Shown one piece after another: positions 36,832 through 48,871 of a stretch of DNA of 64,000 nucleotides. The notes under the pieces were generated by a model. That model worked only from the letters and a program-made list of their open reading frames with translations. It was not told the origin of the DNA and ran no database searches. Each line of letters begins with the position of its first letter. Positions within the stretch are counted from its first letter, which is position 1. Location: the NCBI GenBank assembly GCA_026770705.1, contig JANJGN010000023.1:9982001-10046000 (forward strand). Reading direction: 5' to 3'. The translations under genes were made by a program, and so were the position numbers. Source of the DNA: Isurus oxyrinchus (taxonomy: Eukaryota).

Positions 36832-39800
36832 TGTTCACATGTGTCAGGAAGCTTCAGGGAAACTCCCTCACACTGTCTGCTTCTAAATGTCATCAGAGAT
36901 TACTGATGAACTAGCAACCTTGTACAGAACTGCTTGCTTCACATCCTGCCTCTTTCACTGCTTCGTGCCAAACTGCATTTCAGAATGAAGCCACATCCTC
37001 TTGTATTCCGGAGGGATGTTTATTCTGTTGTGATTTCTTGGTCTGACTAAATAAGTTCAAAACTTTAGACAGCGCTATGGAGACCAAACGCAGCCAAACA
37101 AAATACACCGGATGCTGGAAATCTGAATAAAAGCCGTAAAAGAAGGAAATTCGCAGCATCTATGAAGACAAAAACATGGATTCATTCAAGTCAACGAACT
37201 TTCATTCTGTTTATCGGCGGAGTATCCGCCCCGAGCCGCCGAACAATGCTGCAATGTTCCGTGAGGATATGAGTCAGTGACATTCAGCAGTTCCTCACAC
37301 ACCAACATATTTAATCTGACGAGCGACTTCATCCTCCACTGAGCTGGCGCCCCTCCTTGTGTTTGTGGTGAGAGCTGGAACTGCAGCTGTAGAGCAGAGC
37401 GGGATCAGCAATGCTGCCGGATCTGAGCGGAAACCTGCCCTGGTTTGTAAACCTCTTGTGGACCATTGTGAGAAAGAAGGGAGATGGAAAGGCGGTTTCC
37501 TCTAATCCAGCTCCTGTGATCGATGGAGGCAGAAATAGCAGCGTTAACATTAACATTCAGCAAGTTATCATTAAAATCCCTACAATGAAATATGTTTCGA
37601 TAACCCAAATTATAACCATAAAGTCATCAAAATCTGCTGATCAACCGGCAAACTCGTATAGAAGCGCCTGCTTCACAGCCTGAATCTTTTACTGACTCGT
37701 GCCAAGCTGCATTTCAGAATGTTGCCACATCCTCTTGTATCCCGGCTGGCTGATTATTCTGTTGTATTTTATGGGTCAGTTTCCTGGGTGTCAGTTCTCT
37801 GTACATCTGGGTGGTGATTTCCAGCCCTGCAACATGACTCAACTGAGCTACAGCAGCGGTTCCAGCTCCCAGCACGAACACAACCACAGAAGCAGCGCAG
37901 GAGAAGTGGGAGACTCTCCTTTAATCCATTTGATATGTTTCTGTGTGAGGAGCTGCTGAGTGACGCTGACTCATATCCTCACTGAACATTGCAGCATTAC
38001 TCGGCAGCTCGGCGCTGCTGAATTTACAGACGCGGACACGAACCGAGCTCAGAGAGAGTGAAATATGTTTTGTGTGTTTCAGGCAATGACTCCTGGCCAA
38101 TCAGCAGCAGAGAGGCGGAGGTGGGTTCAGTGGGAAAAACGCTGCTTGGAGTTCTTACCGAAACTTTACTAGAGGCAAATTCCTCGTTTTATTTAACCTC
38201 AGTACTGAACTCACCCTTAGAGCTGTTTCTGTTCATGCGGCGTGATTTTCATTTTGAAATCGGCTGGTTCAATCGCATCAAATCTTCATCTCGTCACCTT
38301 TTAAGCGGTGGCAGCGGCTGGAGAAAAAAAAAGACACAAATTTCACTCATTACCTGTTCCTCTGAGACCCCCGTCTTCACCGAAACTGAGAAATATATTT
38401 TTTAGACGTCTGTCGGGAAAATGTTTTGTTCAAATCAAAAAGGCCACCATAATTTCTAAATTTTAGACATTGCCATGGAGACGAGACGCGCCCAAGAAAA
38501 ATACACCGGATACTGGAAATGTGAAATAAAAACAGAAAATACTCAGCATCTATGAAAACTAAAAATTAGAATCTTTCAAATCAATGATCGTTTATTGTGT
38601 TTCTCGGCGCAATATCTGCCTCGAAAGGCCGAACAATGCTGCAATGTTCAGTGTGGATATGAGTCAGTGACATTCAGCAGTTCCTCACATACCAACATAT
38701 TTAATCTGAGGAGAGACTTCATCCTCCACTGAGCTGGCGCCCCTGCTTGTGCTTGTGGTGAGAGCCGGAACTGCAGCTGTAGAGCAGAGCGGGATCAGGA
38801 ATGCTGCCGGATCCAAGCGGATACCTGCCCTGGTTTGTAAACCTCTTGTGGACCTTTGTGAGAAAGAAGGGAGAGGGAAACGCGGACTCCTCCAGTCCAG
38901 CTCTTGTGATCGGTGGAGGCAGAAATAGCTGCGTTAACATTCAAAATGTTATCATTAAAATTCCTACAATTAAATATGTTTTGATATTCCAAATTATAAC
39001 CATAAATGTCATCAAAATCTGCTGATCAACCCGCAAACTCGTACAGAACTGCCTGCTTTACATCCTGCCTCTTTCACTGACTCGTACCAAGCTGCATTTC
39101 AGAATGACGCCACATCCTCTTGTGTCCCGGCTAGCTCATTATTCTGTTGTATTTTGTGGGTCTGTTTCCTGGGTGTCAGTTCTCTGTACATCTGGGTGGT
39201 GATTTCCAGCCCTGCAACATGACTCAACTTCGCTACAGCAGCGGTTCCAGGTCCCAGCACGAACACAACCACAGCCGCAGCACAGGAGAAGGGGGCGACT
39301 CTCCTTAAATCCATTTGATATGTTGCTGTGTAAGGAGCTGCTGAGTGTCGCTGACTCATTTCCTCACTGAACATTGCAGCATTACTCGGCAGCTCGGCGC
39401 TGCTGAATTTACAGCCCCGGCCACGAACCGAGCCCAGAGAGAGTGAAATATGTTTTGTGTGTTTCAGGCAATGACTCCTGGCCAGTCAGCAGCAGAGAGG
39501 CGGAGGTCGGTTCAGTGGGAAAAACGCTGCTTGAAACTTTGGTTGAGGAAAATTCCTCGTTTTATTTAACCTCAGTAATGAACTCCTCCTCAGAGCTGTT
39601 TATGTTCATGCGGCGCGATTTTCATTTTGAAATCGGCTCGTTCAATCGCATCAAATCTTCATCTCGTCATCTTTTAAGCGGTGGCAGCGGCTGGAGAAAA
39701 AAAAAAGACACAAATTTCACTCATTGCCTGTTCCTCTGAGACCCCCGTCTTCACCGAAACTGAGAAATGTATTTTTTAGACGTCCGTCGGGAAAATGTGT

Positions 39801-40830
39801 TGTCCAAATCAAAAAGGACACAATAATTTCTAAACTTTAGACATTGCCGTGGAGACCAGACGCGCCCAAGAAAAATACACCGGATGCTGGAAATGTGAAA
39901 TAAAACAGAAAATTCGTGGCATTTAGAAAACTAAAAATTAGAATCTATCAGGTCAATGATCTTTTATTCTGTTCATCGGCGGAATATCTGCCCCGAACCG
40001 CCGAACAATGATGCAATGTTCAGTGTGGATATGAGTCAGTGACATTCAGCATTTCCTCACACACCAACATATTGAAACTGAGGAGAGACTTCATCCTCTA
40101 CTGAGCTGGCGCCCCTCCTTGTGTTTGTGGTGAGAGCTGGAACTGCAGCTGTAGAGCAGAGCGGGATCAGCAATGCTGCCGGATCTGAGCGGAAACCTGT
40201 CCTGGTTTATAAACCTCTTGTGGACCATTGTGAGAAAGAAGGGAGATGGAAAGGCGGTTTCCTCCAGTCCAGCTCTTGTGATCGGTGGAGGCAGAAATAG
40301 CAGCGTTAACATTAACATTCAGACTGTTATCATTAATATAGACACAATTCAATAATGTGGTCAATATCCCAAATTATAACCAGATTCCAGGGTGATTGTT
40401 TGTGCAGTCGGCGGATATGATCAATCGTTTTATTTCAATTCACCGTTTTACAAATGCCGAGAAGTTCAAAAGTGCAAAACGAAACATTGCGGGAAGCTTC
40501 AATATTAAAATGTTTTAATTTGATCACATTGTTCAACATGGAATATAATGTAATCTTTTTGTGCTTTGAAGAAAAATAAACGATTGTGAACCACCCCAAA
40601 TGCACATTAGAGTTTCTCTTTTGCTTTCTTCACCTTTAATATGTTGCTGTATGAGGAGCTGCCGTGAGACACGGGCTAATATCCACAGTGAACATTGCAG
40701 CATTGCTGGGCGCTGCTGAACTTACACCCGTGACCATGAACCGAGCGCCGACAGAGAGTTCTGTGTGTTTCAGGCAATGACTCCTGGCTGCCGGATGTAA
40801 GTAGCGCCGAGCAGCCGAGCGATGCTGTCA

Positions 40831-40989
40831 TGGAACTCTATTCCTAACAGCACAGGGGCTCTACCTCACCACGCGGATTGCAGTGGTTCAAGAATGCTGC
40901 TCACCAGCACCTTCTGAAAGGCAACTAGGGATGGGCAATAAATGCCGGCCCAACCCGCGTAGCCCAAATCCGATAGACGAATAAAAAAA
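40831..40989 (+). mobile_element. CR1-like LINE 3' fragment (B copy)
   Basis: Same motif set as 3983-4141. Confidence 0.8.
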
Positions 40990-43607
40990 TGTTCACATGA
41001 GTCAGGAAGCTTCAGGGAAACTCCCTCACACTGTCTGCTTCTAAATGTCATCAGAATTTACTGATGAATCCGCAACCTTGTACAGAAGCGCTTGCTTCAC
41101 ATCCTGCCTCTTTCACTGCTTCGTGCCAAACTGCATTTCAGAATGAAGCCACATCCTCTTGTATTCCGGCGGGCTGGTTATTCTGTTGTGATTTCTTGGT
41201 CTGACTAAATAAGTTCTCAATTTTAGATAGCGCCATGGAGACCAAACGCGCCCAAGCAAAATACACCGGATGCTGGAAATCTGAATAAAAACCGTAAAAG
41301 CAGGAAATTCGCAGCATCAATGAAGACAAAAAAATGGAATGAGTCAAGTCAACGATCTTTCATTCTGTTTATCGGCGGAGTATCCGCCCCGAGCCGCCGA
41401 ACAATGCTGCAATGTTCAGTGTGGATATGAGTCAGTGACATTCAGCAGTTCCTCACACACCAACATATTTAATCTGACGAGCGACTTCATCCTCCACTGA
41501 GCTGGCGCCCCTGCTTGTGTTTGTGGTGAGAGCTGGAACTGCAGCTGCAGAGCAGAGCGGGATCAGCAATGCTGCCGGATCGAAGCGGATACCTGTCCTG
41601 GTTTGTAAACCTCTTGTGGACCTTTGTGAGAAGAAGGGAGATGGAAAGGCGGTTTCCTCCAGTCCAGCTCTTGTGATCGGTGGAGGCAGAAATAGCAGCG
41701 TTAACATTCAGAATGTTATCATTAAAATTCCTACAATTAAATATGTTTTGATAATCCAAATTATAACCATAAAGTCATCAAAATCTGCTGATCAACCCGC
41801 AAACTCGAACAGAAGCGCCTGCTTCACAGCTTGACTCTTTCACTGACTCGTGCCAAGCTGCATTTCAGAATGACGCCACATCCTCTTGTATCCCGGCTGG
41901 CTGATTATTCTGTTGTATTTTATGGGTCAGTTTCCTGGGTGGCAGTTCTCTGTACTTCTGGGTGGTGATTTCCAGCCCTGCAACATGACTCAACTTAGCT
42001 ACAGCAGCGGTTCCAGCTCCCAGCACGAACACAACCACAGAAGCAGCACAGGAGAAGTGGGAGACTCTCCTTTAATCCATTTGATATGTTTCTGTGTGAG
42101 GAGCTGCTGAGTGTCGCTGACTCATATCCTCACTGAACATTGCAGCATTACTCGGCAGCTCGGCGCAGCTGAATTTGCAGCCCCGGCCACGAACCGAGCC
42201 CAGAGAGAGTGAAATATGTTTTGTGTGTTTCAGGCAATGACTCCTGGCCAGTCAGCAGCAGAGAGGCGGAGGTGGGTTCAGTGGGAAAAACGCTGCTTGG
42301 AGTTCATACCGAAACTTTAGTAGAGGCAAATTCCTCGTTTTATTTAACCTCAGTACTGAACTCCTCCTCAGAGCTGTTTATGTTCATGCGGCGCGATTTT
42401 CATTTTGAAAACGACTGGTTCAATCGCATCAAATCTTCATCTCGTCACCTTTTAAGCGGTGGCAGCGGCTGGAGAAAAAATAGACAAAAATTTCACTCAT
42501 TGCCTGTTCCTCTGAGACCCCCGTCTTCACCGAAACTGAGAAATTGTATTTTTTAGACGTCTGTCGGGAAAATGTTTTGTTCAAATCAAAAAGGACACCA
42601 TAATTTCTAAATTTTGGACATTGCCATGGAGACCAAACGCGCCCAAGAAAACTACACCGGATGCTGGAAATCAGAAATAAAACAGAGAAAACTCAGCATT
42701 TATGAAAACTAAAAATTAGAATCTATCAGGTCAATGATCTTTTATTCTGTTCATCGGCGGAATATCTGCCCCGAGCCGCCGAACAATGCTGCAATGTTCA
42801 GCGTGGATATGAGTCAGTGACATTCAGCAGTTCCTCACACGCCGACATATTTAATCAGAGGAGCGCCTTCATGCTCTACTGAGCTGGCGCCTCTGCTTGT
42901 GTTTGTGGTGAGAGCTGGAACTGCAGCTGTAGAGCAGAGCGGGATCAGCAATGCTGCCGGATCTAAGCGGATACCTGTCCTGGTTTGTAAACCTCTTGTG
43001 GACCATTGTGAGAAGAAGGGAGATGGAAAGGCGGTTTCCTCCAGTCCAGCTCTTGTGATCGATGGAGGCAGAAATAGCAGCGTTAACATTAACATTCAGA
43101 ATGTTATCATTAATATCGATACAATTAAATAATGTGGTCAATATCCCAAATTATAACCAGATTCCAGGGTGATTGTTTGTGCAGTCGGCGGATATGATCA
43201 ATCGTTTTATTTCAATTCACCGTTTTACAAATGCCGAGAAGTTCAAAAGTGCAAAACGAAACATTGCGGGAAGCTTCAATATTAAAATGTTTTAATTTGA
43301 TCACATTGTTCAACATGGAATATAATGTAATCTTTTTGTGCTTTGAAGAAAAATAAACGATTGTGAACCACCCCAAATGCACATTAGAGTTTCTCTTTTG
43401 CTTTCTTCACCTTTAATATGTTGCTGTATGAGGAGCTGCCGTGAGACACGGGCTCATATCCACAGTGAACATTGCAGCATTGCTGGGCGCTGCTGGACTT
43501 ACACCCGTGACCATGAACCGAGCGCCGACAGAGAGTTCTGTGTGTTTCAGGCAATGACTCCTGGTTGCCGGATGTAAGTAGCGTCGAGCAGCCGAGCGAT
43601 GCTGTCA

Positions 43608-43766
43608 TGGAACTCTATTCCTAACAGCACAGGGGCTCTACCTCACCACGCGGATTGCAGTGGTTCAAGAATGCTGCTCACCAGCACCTTCTGAAAGGCA
43701 ACTAGGGATGGGCAATAAATGCCGGCCCAACCCGCGTAGCCCAAATCCGATAGACGAATAAAAAAA
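43608..43766 (+). mobile_element. CR1-like LINE 3' fragment (B copy)
   Basis: Same motif set as 3983-4141. Confidence 0.8.
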
Positions 43767-46697
43767 TGTTCACATGAGTCAGGAAGCTTCAGGGAAACTC
43801 CCTCACACTGTCTGCTTCTAAATGTCATCAGAGATTACTGATGAACAAGCAACCTTGTACAGAACTGCTTGCTTCACATCCTGCCTCTTTCACTGCTTCG
43901 TGCCAAACTGCATTTCAGAATGAAGCCACATCCTCTTGTATTCCGGAGGGATGTTTATTCTGTTGTGATTTCTTGGTCTGACTAAATAAGTTCAAAAATT
44001 TAGACAGCGCCATGGAGACCAAACGCAGCCAAGCAAAATGCACCGGATGCTGGAAATCTGAACAAAAGCCGTACAAGAAGGAAATTCGCAGCATCTATGA
44101 AGACAAAAACATGGATTCATTCAAGTCAACGAACTCTCATTCTGTTTATCGGCGGAGTATCCGCCCCGAGCCGCCGAACAATGCTGCAATGTTCCGTGAG
44201 GATATGAGTCAGTGACATTCAGCAGTTCCTCACACACCAACATATTTAATCTGACGAGCGACTTCATCCTCCACTGAGCTGGCGCCCCTCCTTGTGTTTG
44301 TGGTGAGCTGGAACTGCAGCTGTAGAGCAGAGCGGGATCAGCAATGCTGCCGGATCTGAGCGGAAACCTGCCCTGGTTTGTAAACCTCTTGTGGACCATT
44401 GTGAGAAAGAAGGGAGATGGAAAGGCGGTTTCCTCCAGTCCAGCTCTTGTGATCGATGGAGGCAGAAATAGCAGCGTTAACATTAACATTCAGCAAGTTA
44501 TCATTAAAATCCCTACAATGAAATATGTTTTGATAATCCAAATTATAACCATAAAGTCATCAAAATCTGCTGATCAACCGGCAAACTTGTACAGAAGCGC
44601 CTGCTTCACAGCCTGACTCTTTTACTGATTAGTGCCAAGCTGCATTTCAGAATGAAGCCACATCCTCTTGTATCCCGGCTGGCTGATTATTCTGTTGTAT
44701 TTTATGGGTCAGTTTCCTGGGTGTCAGTTCTCTGTGCGTCTGGGTGGTGATTTCCAGCCCTGCAACATGACTCAACTTAGCTACAGCAGCGGTTCCAGCT
44801 CCCAGCACGAACACAACCACAGAAGCAGCGCAGGAGAAGTGGGAGACTCTCCTTTAATCCATTTGATGGGTTTCTGTGTGAGGAGCTGCTGAGTGTCGCT
44901 GACTCATATCCTCACTGAACATTTGCAGCATTACTCGGCAGCTCGGCGCTGCTGAATTTACAGACGCGGACACGAACCGAGCCCAGAGAGAGTGAAATAT
45001 GTTTTGTGTGTTTCAGGCAATGACTCCTGGCCAGTCAGCAGCAGAGAGGCGGAGGTGGGTTCAGTGGGAAAAACGCTGCTTGGAGTTCTTACCGAAACTT
45101 TAGTAGAGGCAAATTCCTCGTTTTATTTAACCTCAGTACTGAACTCCTCCTCAGAGCTGTTTATGTTCATGCGGCGCGATTTTCAGTTTGAAAGCGATTG
45201 GTTCAATCGCATAAAATCTTCAGCTCGTCACCTTTTTAAGCGGTGGCAGCGGCTGGAGAAAAAAAAAGACACAAATTTCACCTGTTCCTCTGAGACCCCC
45301 GTCTTCACCGAAACTGAGAAATGTATATTTTAGACGTCTGTCGGGAAAATGTTTTGTTCCAATCAAAAAGGACACCATAATTTCTAAATTTTAGACATCG
45401 CCATGGAGACGAGAGGCGCCCAAGAAAAATACACCGGATACTGGAAATGTGAAATAAAAACAGAAAATACTCAGCATCTATGAAAACTAAAAATTAGAAT
45501 CTATCAAATCAATGATCGTTTATTGTGTTTCTCGACGCAATATCTGCCTCGAAAGGCCGAACAATGCTGCAATGTTCAGTGTGGATATGAGTCAGTGACA
45601 TTCAGCAGTTCCTCACATACCAACATATTTAATCTGAGGAGAGACTTCATCCTCCACTGAGCTGGCGCCCCTGCTTGTGCTTGTGGTGAGAGCTGGAACT
45701 GCAGCTGTAGAGCAGAGCGGGATCAGGAATGCTGCCGGATCCAAGCGGATACCTGTCCTGGTTTGTAAACCTCTTGTGGACCTTTGTGGCAAAGAAGGGA
45801 GATGGAAACGCGGACTCCTCCAGTCCAGCTCTTGCGATCGGTGGAGGCAGAAATAGCTGCGTAAACATTCAGAATGTTATCATTAAAATTCCTACAATTA
45901 AATATGTTTTGATATTCCAAATTATAACCATAAATGTCATCAAAATCTGCTGATCAACCCGCAAACTCATACAGAACTGCCTGCTTCACATCCTGCCTCT
46001 TTCACTGACTCGTACCAAGCTGTATTTCAGAATGACGCCACATCCTCTTGTATCCCGGCTAGCTGATTATTCTGTTGTATTTTATGGGTCTGTTTCCTGG
46101 GTGTCAGTTCTCTGTACATCTGGGTGGTGATTTCCAGCCATGCAACATGACTCAACTTCGCTACAGCAGCGGTTCCAGGTCCCAGCACGAACACAACCAC
46201 AGCAGCAGCACAGGAGAAGGGGGAGACTCTCCTTAAATCCATTTGATATGTTGCTGTGTGAGGAGCTGCTGAGTGTCGCTGACTCATATCGTCACTGAAC
46301 ATTGCAGCATTACTCGGCAGCTCGGCGCTGCTGAATTTACAGACGCGGACACGAACCGAGCCCAGAGAGAGTGAAATATGTTTTGTGTGTTTCAGGCAAT
46401 GACTCCTGGCCAGTCAGCAGCAGAGAGGCGGAGGTCGGTTCAGTGGGAAAAACGCTGCTTGAAACTTTGGTAGAGGAAAATTCCTCGTTTTATTTAACCT
46501 CAGTACTGAACTCCTCCTCAGAGCTGTTTATGTTCATGCGGGGTGATTTTCAGTTTGAAATCGGCTGGTTCAATCGCATCAAATCTTCATCTCGTCACCT
46601 TTTAAGCGGTGGCAGCGGCTGGAGAAAAAAAAAGACACAAATTTCACTCATTACCTGTTCCTCTGAGACCCCGTCTTCACCGAAACTGAGAAATGTA

Positions 46698-47722
46698 GTT
46701 TCCAGTCTCCAGAGTCACACTTTGTTTGTGCAGTCGGCGGATATGATCAATCATTTTGTTGCAGTTCACCATTGGCAAATGCCAAGAAGTTCAAAATTTA
46801 AAACGAATCATTGCGGGAAGCATCGCTGTTAAAATGTTATAAATTGAGCACATTGTTCAACATGGAATATTAAGTAGCCTTGTTGTGCTGTTTTGGAAAA
46901 TATACGATTTTGAACCACCTCAAATGCGCATTAGTGTTTGTCCTTACCTTTCTTCACCTTTAATATGTTGCTGTATGAGGAGCTGCTGTGGGACACGGGC
47001 TCATATCCACAGTGAACATTGCAGCATTGCTCTGCGCTGCTGAATTTAAACCGAGTGCAGACAGAGTGTTTTGTGTGTTTCAGACAATGACTTTTGGCTA
47101 AAAATGGGAATCTGTTAGGTCAATAATCTTTCATTGTTCAGTGAGGATATGTGTCAGAGACATTCAGCAATTCCTCACCCACCAACATACTTAATCTGAG
47201 GAGCGAATTGATCCTCTACTGAGCTGGCGCCGCTGCTTGTGTTTGTGGTGAGAGCTGGAATTGCAGCTGTAGAGCAGTGCGGGATCAGCAATGCTGCCGG
47301 TTCGAAGCAGCGCCGAGCAGCCGAGCGATGCAGCAAATCAACTCTGTTCCTAACAGCACAGTGGCTGTACCCGCACGAGGGAGACTGCAGCGGTTCAAGA
47401 AGGCAGCTCACAACCACCTTCCCTAGGGCAATTCGGGATGGGCAATAAATGCTGGCCCAGGCAGAGAAGCCAACATCCGCTGAATGATTAAAAAAATGTT
47501 CACTTTAGATATGAGTCAGTGAACTTCAGTGAAACACCCACGCACTGTCTGCTTCTAAGTGTCATCAAACTTTCATGAGGAACCGGCAAACTCGGAAAGA
47601 ACAGCCTGGTTCACGTCCTGGCTTTTTCACTGATTCGCGCCAAACTATATTTCAGAATGAAGTCACATCCTCTTGTATTCCGGCGGGCTGTTTATTCTGT
47701 TGTATTTTCTTGGTCTGACTAA
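46698..47722 (+). repeat. Type C block 1 (diverged, longer B-related variable half)
   Basis: B-like start (GTGCAGTCGGCGGATATGATCAATC) with many private substitutions, and an extra ~196-bp segment (47100-47295) absent from B. Confidence 0.9.
47338..47497 (+). mobile_element. CR1-like LINE 3' fragment (type C copy)
   Basis: GACTGCAGCGGTTCAAGAAGGCAGCTCAC...GGATGGGCAATAAATGCTGGCC plus A-rich tail. Confidence 0.8.
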
Positions 47723-48712
47723 ATAATTTCTAAAATTTAGACAGCGCCATGGAGACCAATCGCGCCCATGAAAAATACACCGGATGCTGCAAATCTGAAA
47801 TAAGAACAGGAAAAGCAGGAAATACACAGCATCTATGAAAAGAAAAAAGTGGAATCAGTCAGGTCAATGATCTTTCATTCTGTTTATCGGCGGAGTATCT
47901 GCCGCGAGACGCCGAACAATGCTGCAATGTCCAGTGTGAACATGAGTCAGTGACATTCAGCAGTTATCACACACCAACATATTTAATCTGAGAAGCGACT
48001 TCATCCTCTGCTGAGCTGATGACGCTGCTTGTGTTTGTGGTGAGAGCTGGAACTGCAGCTGGAGAGCAGAGCGGGATCAGCAATGCTGCCGGATCTAAGC
48101 GGATACCTGTCCTGGTTTGTAAACCTCTTGTGGACCATTGTGAGAAAGAAGGGAGATGGACAGACGGTTTCTTCCAGTCCTGGTCTTGTTATCGATGGAG
48201 GCAGAAATAGCAGCGTTAACATTAACATTCAGAATGTTTTCATTAATATCCCTACTAGTGAATAATGTGTTTAATTTCCCACATTATAACCAGACGCCAG
48301 GGTGATTGATTATTTGTGCAGTCGGCGGATATGATCAATCATTTTATTTCAATTCACCGTTTTACAAATGCCACATTGCGGGAAGCTTCAAATGTTATAA
48401 TTTGATCACATTGTTCAACATGCAATATAACGTAGCCCTGTTGTGCTTTTAAGAAAAATAAACGATTGTGAACCACCCCAAATGCACATTAGTGTTTGTC
48501 CTTTGCGTTCCTCACAGTTAATATGTTGCTGTATGAGGAGCTGCCGTGGGACACGGGCTAATATCCACAGTGAACATTGCAGCATTGCTCTGCGCTGCTG
48601 AACTTACACCCGTGACCATGAACCGAGCGCCGACAGAGAGTTCTGTGTGTTTCCGGCAATGACTCCTGGCTGCCGGATGTAAGTAGCGCCGAGCAGCAGA
48701 GCAATGCCGTAA

Positions 48713-48871
48713 TGGAACTCTATTCCTAACAGCACAGGGGCCGTACCTACAGCACATGGATGGAAGAGGTTCAAGAAGGCAGCTCACCATCACCTTCTCA
48801 AAGGCAACTAGGGATGGGCAATAAACGCCGGTCCAGCTCGCGTAGCCCAAATCCGATAAACTAATAACAAA
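48713..48871 (+). mobile_element. CR1-like LINE 3' fragment (diverged B copy)
   Basis: GGTTCAAGAAGGCAGCTCACCATCACCTTCTCAAAGGCAACTAGGGATGGGCAATAAA. Confidence 0.8.
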
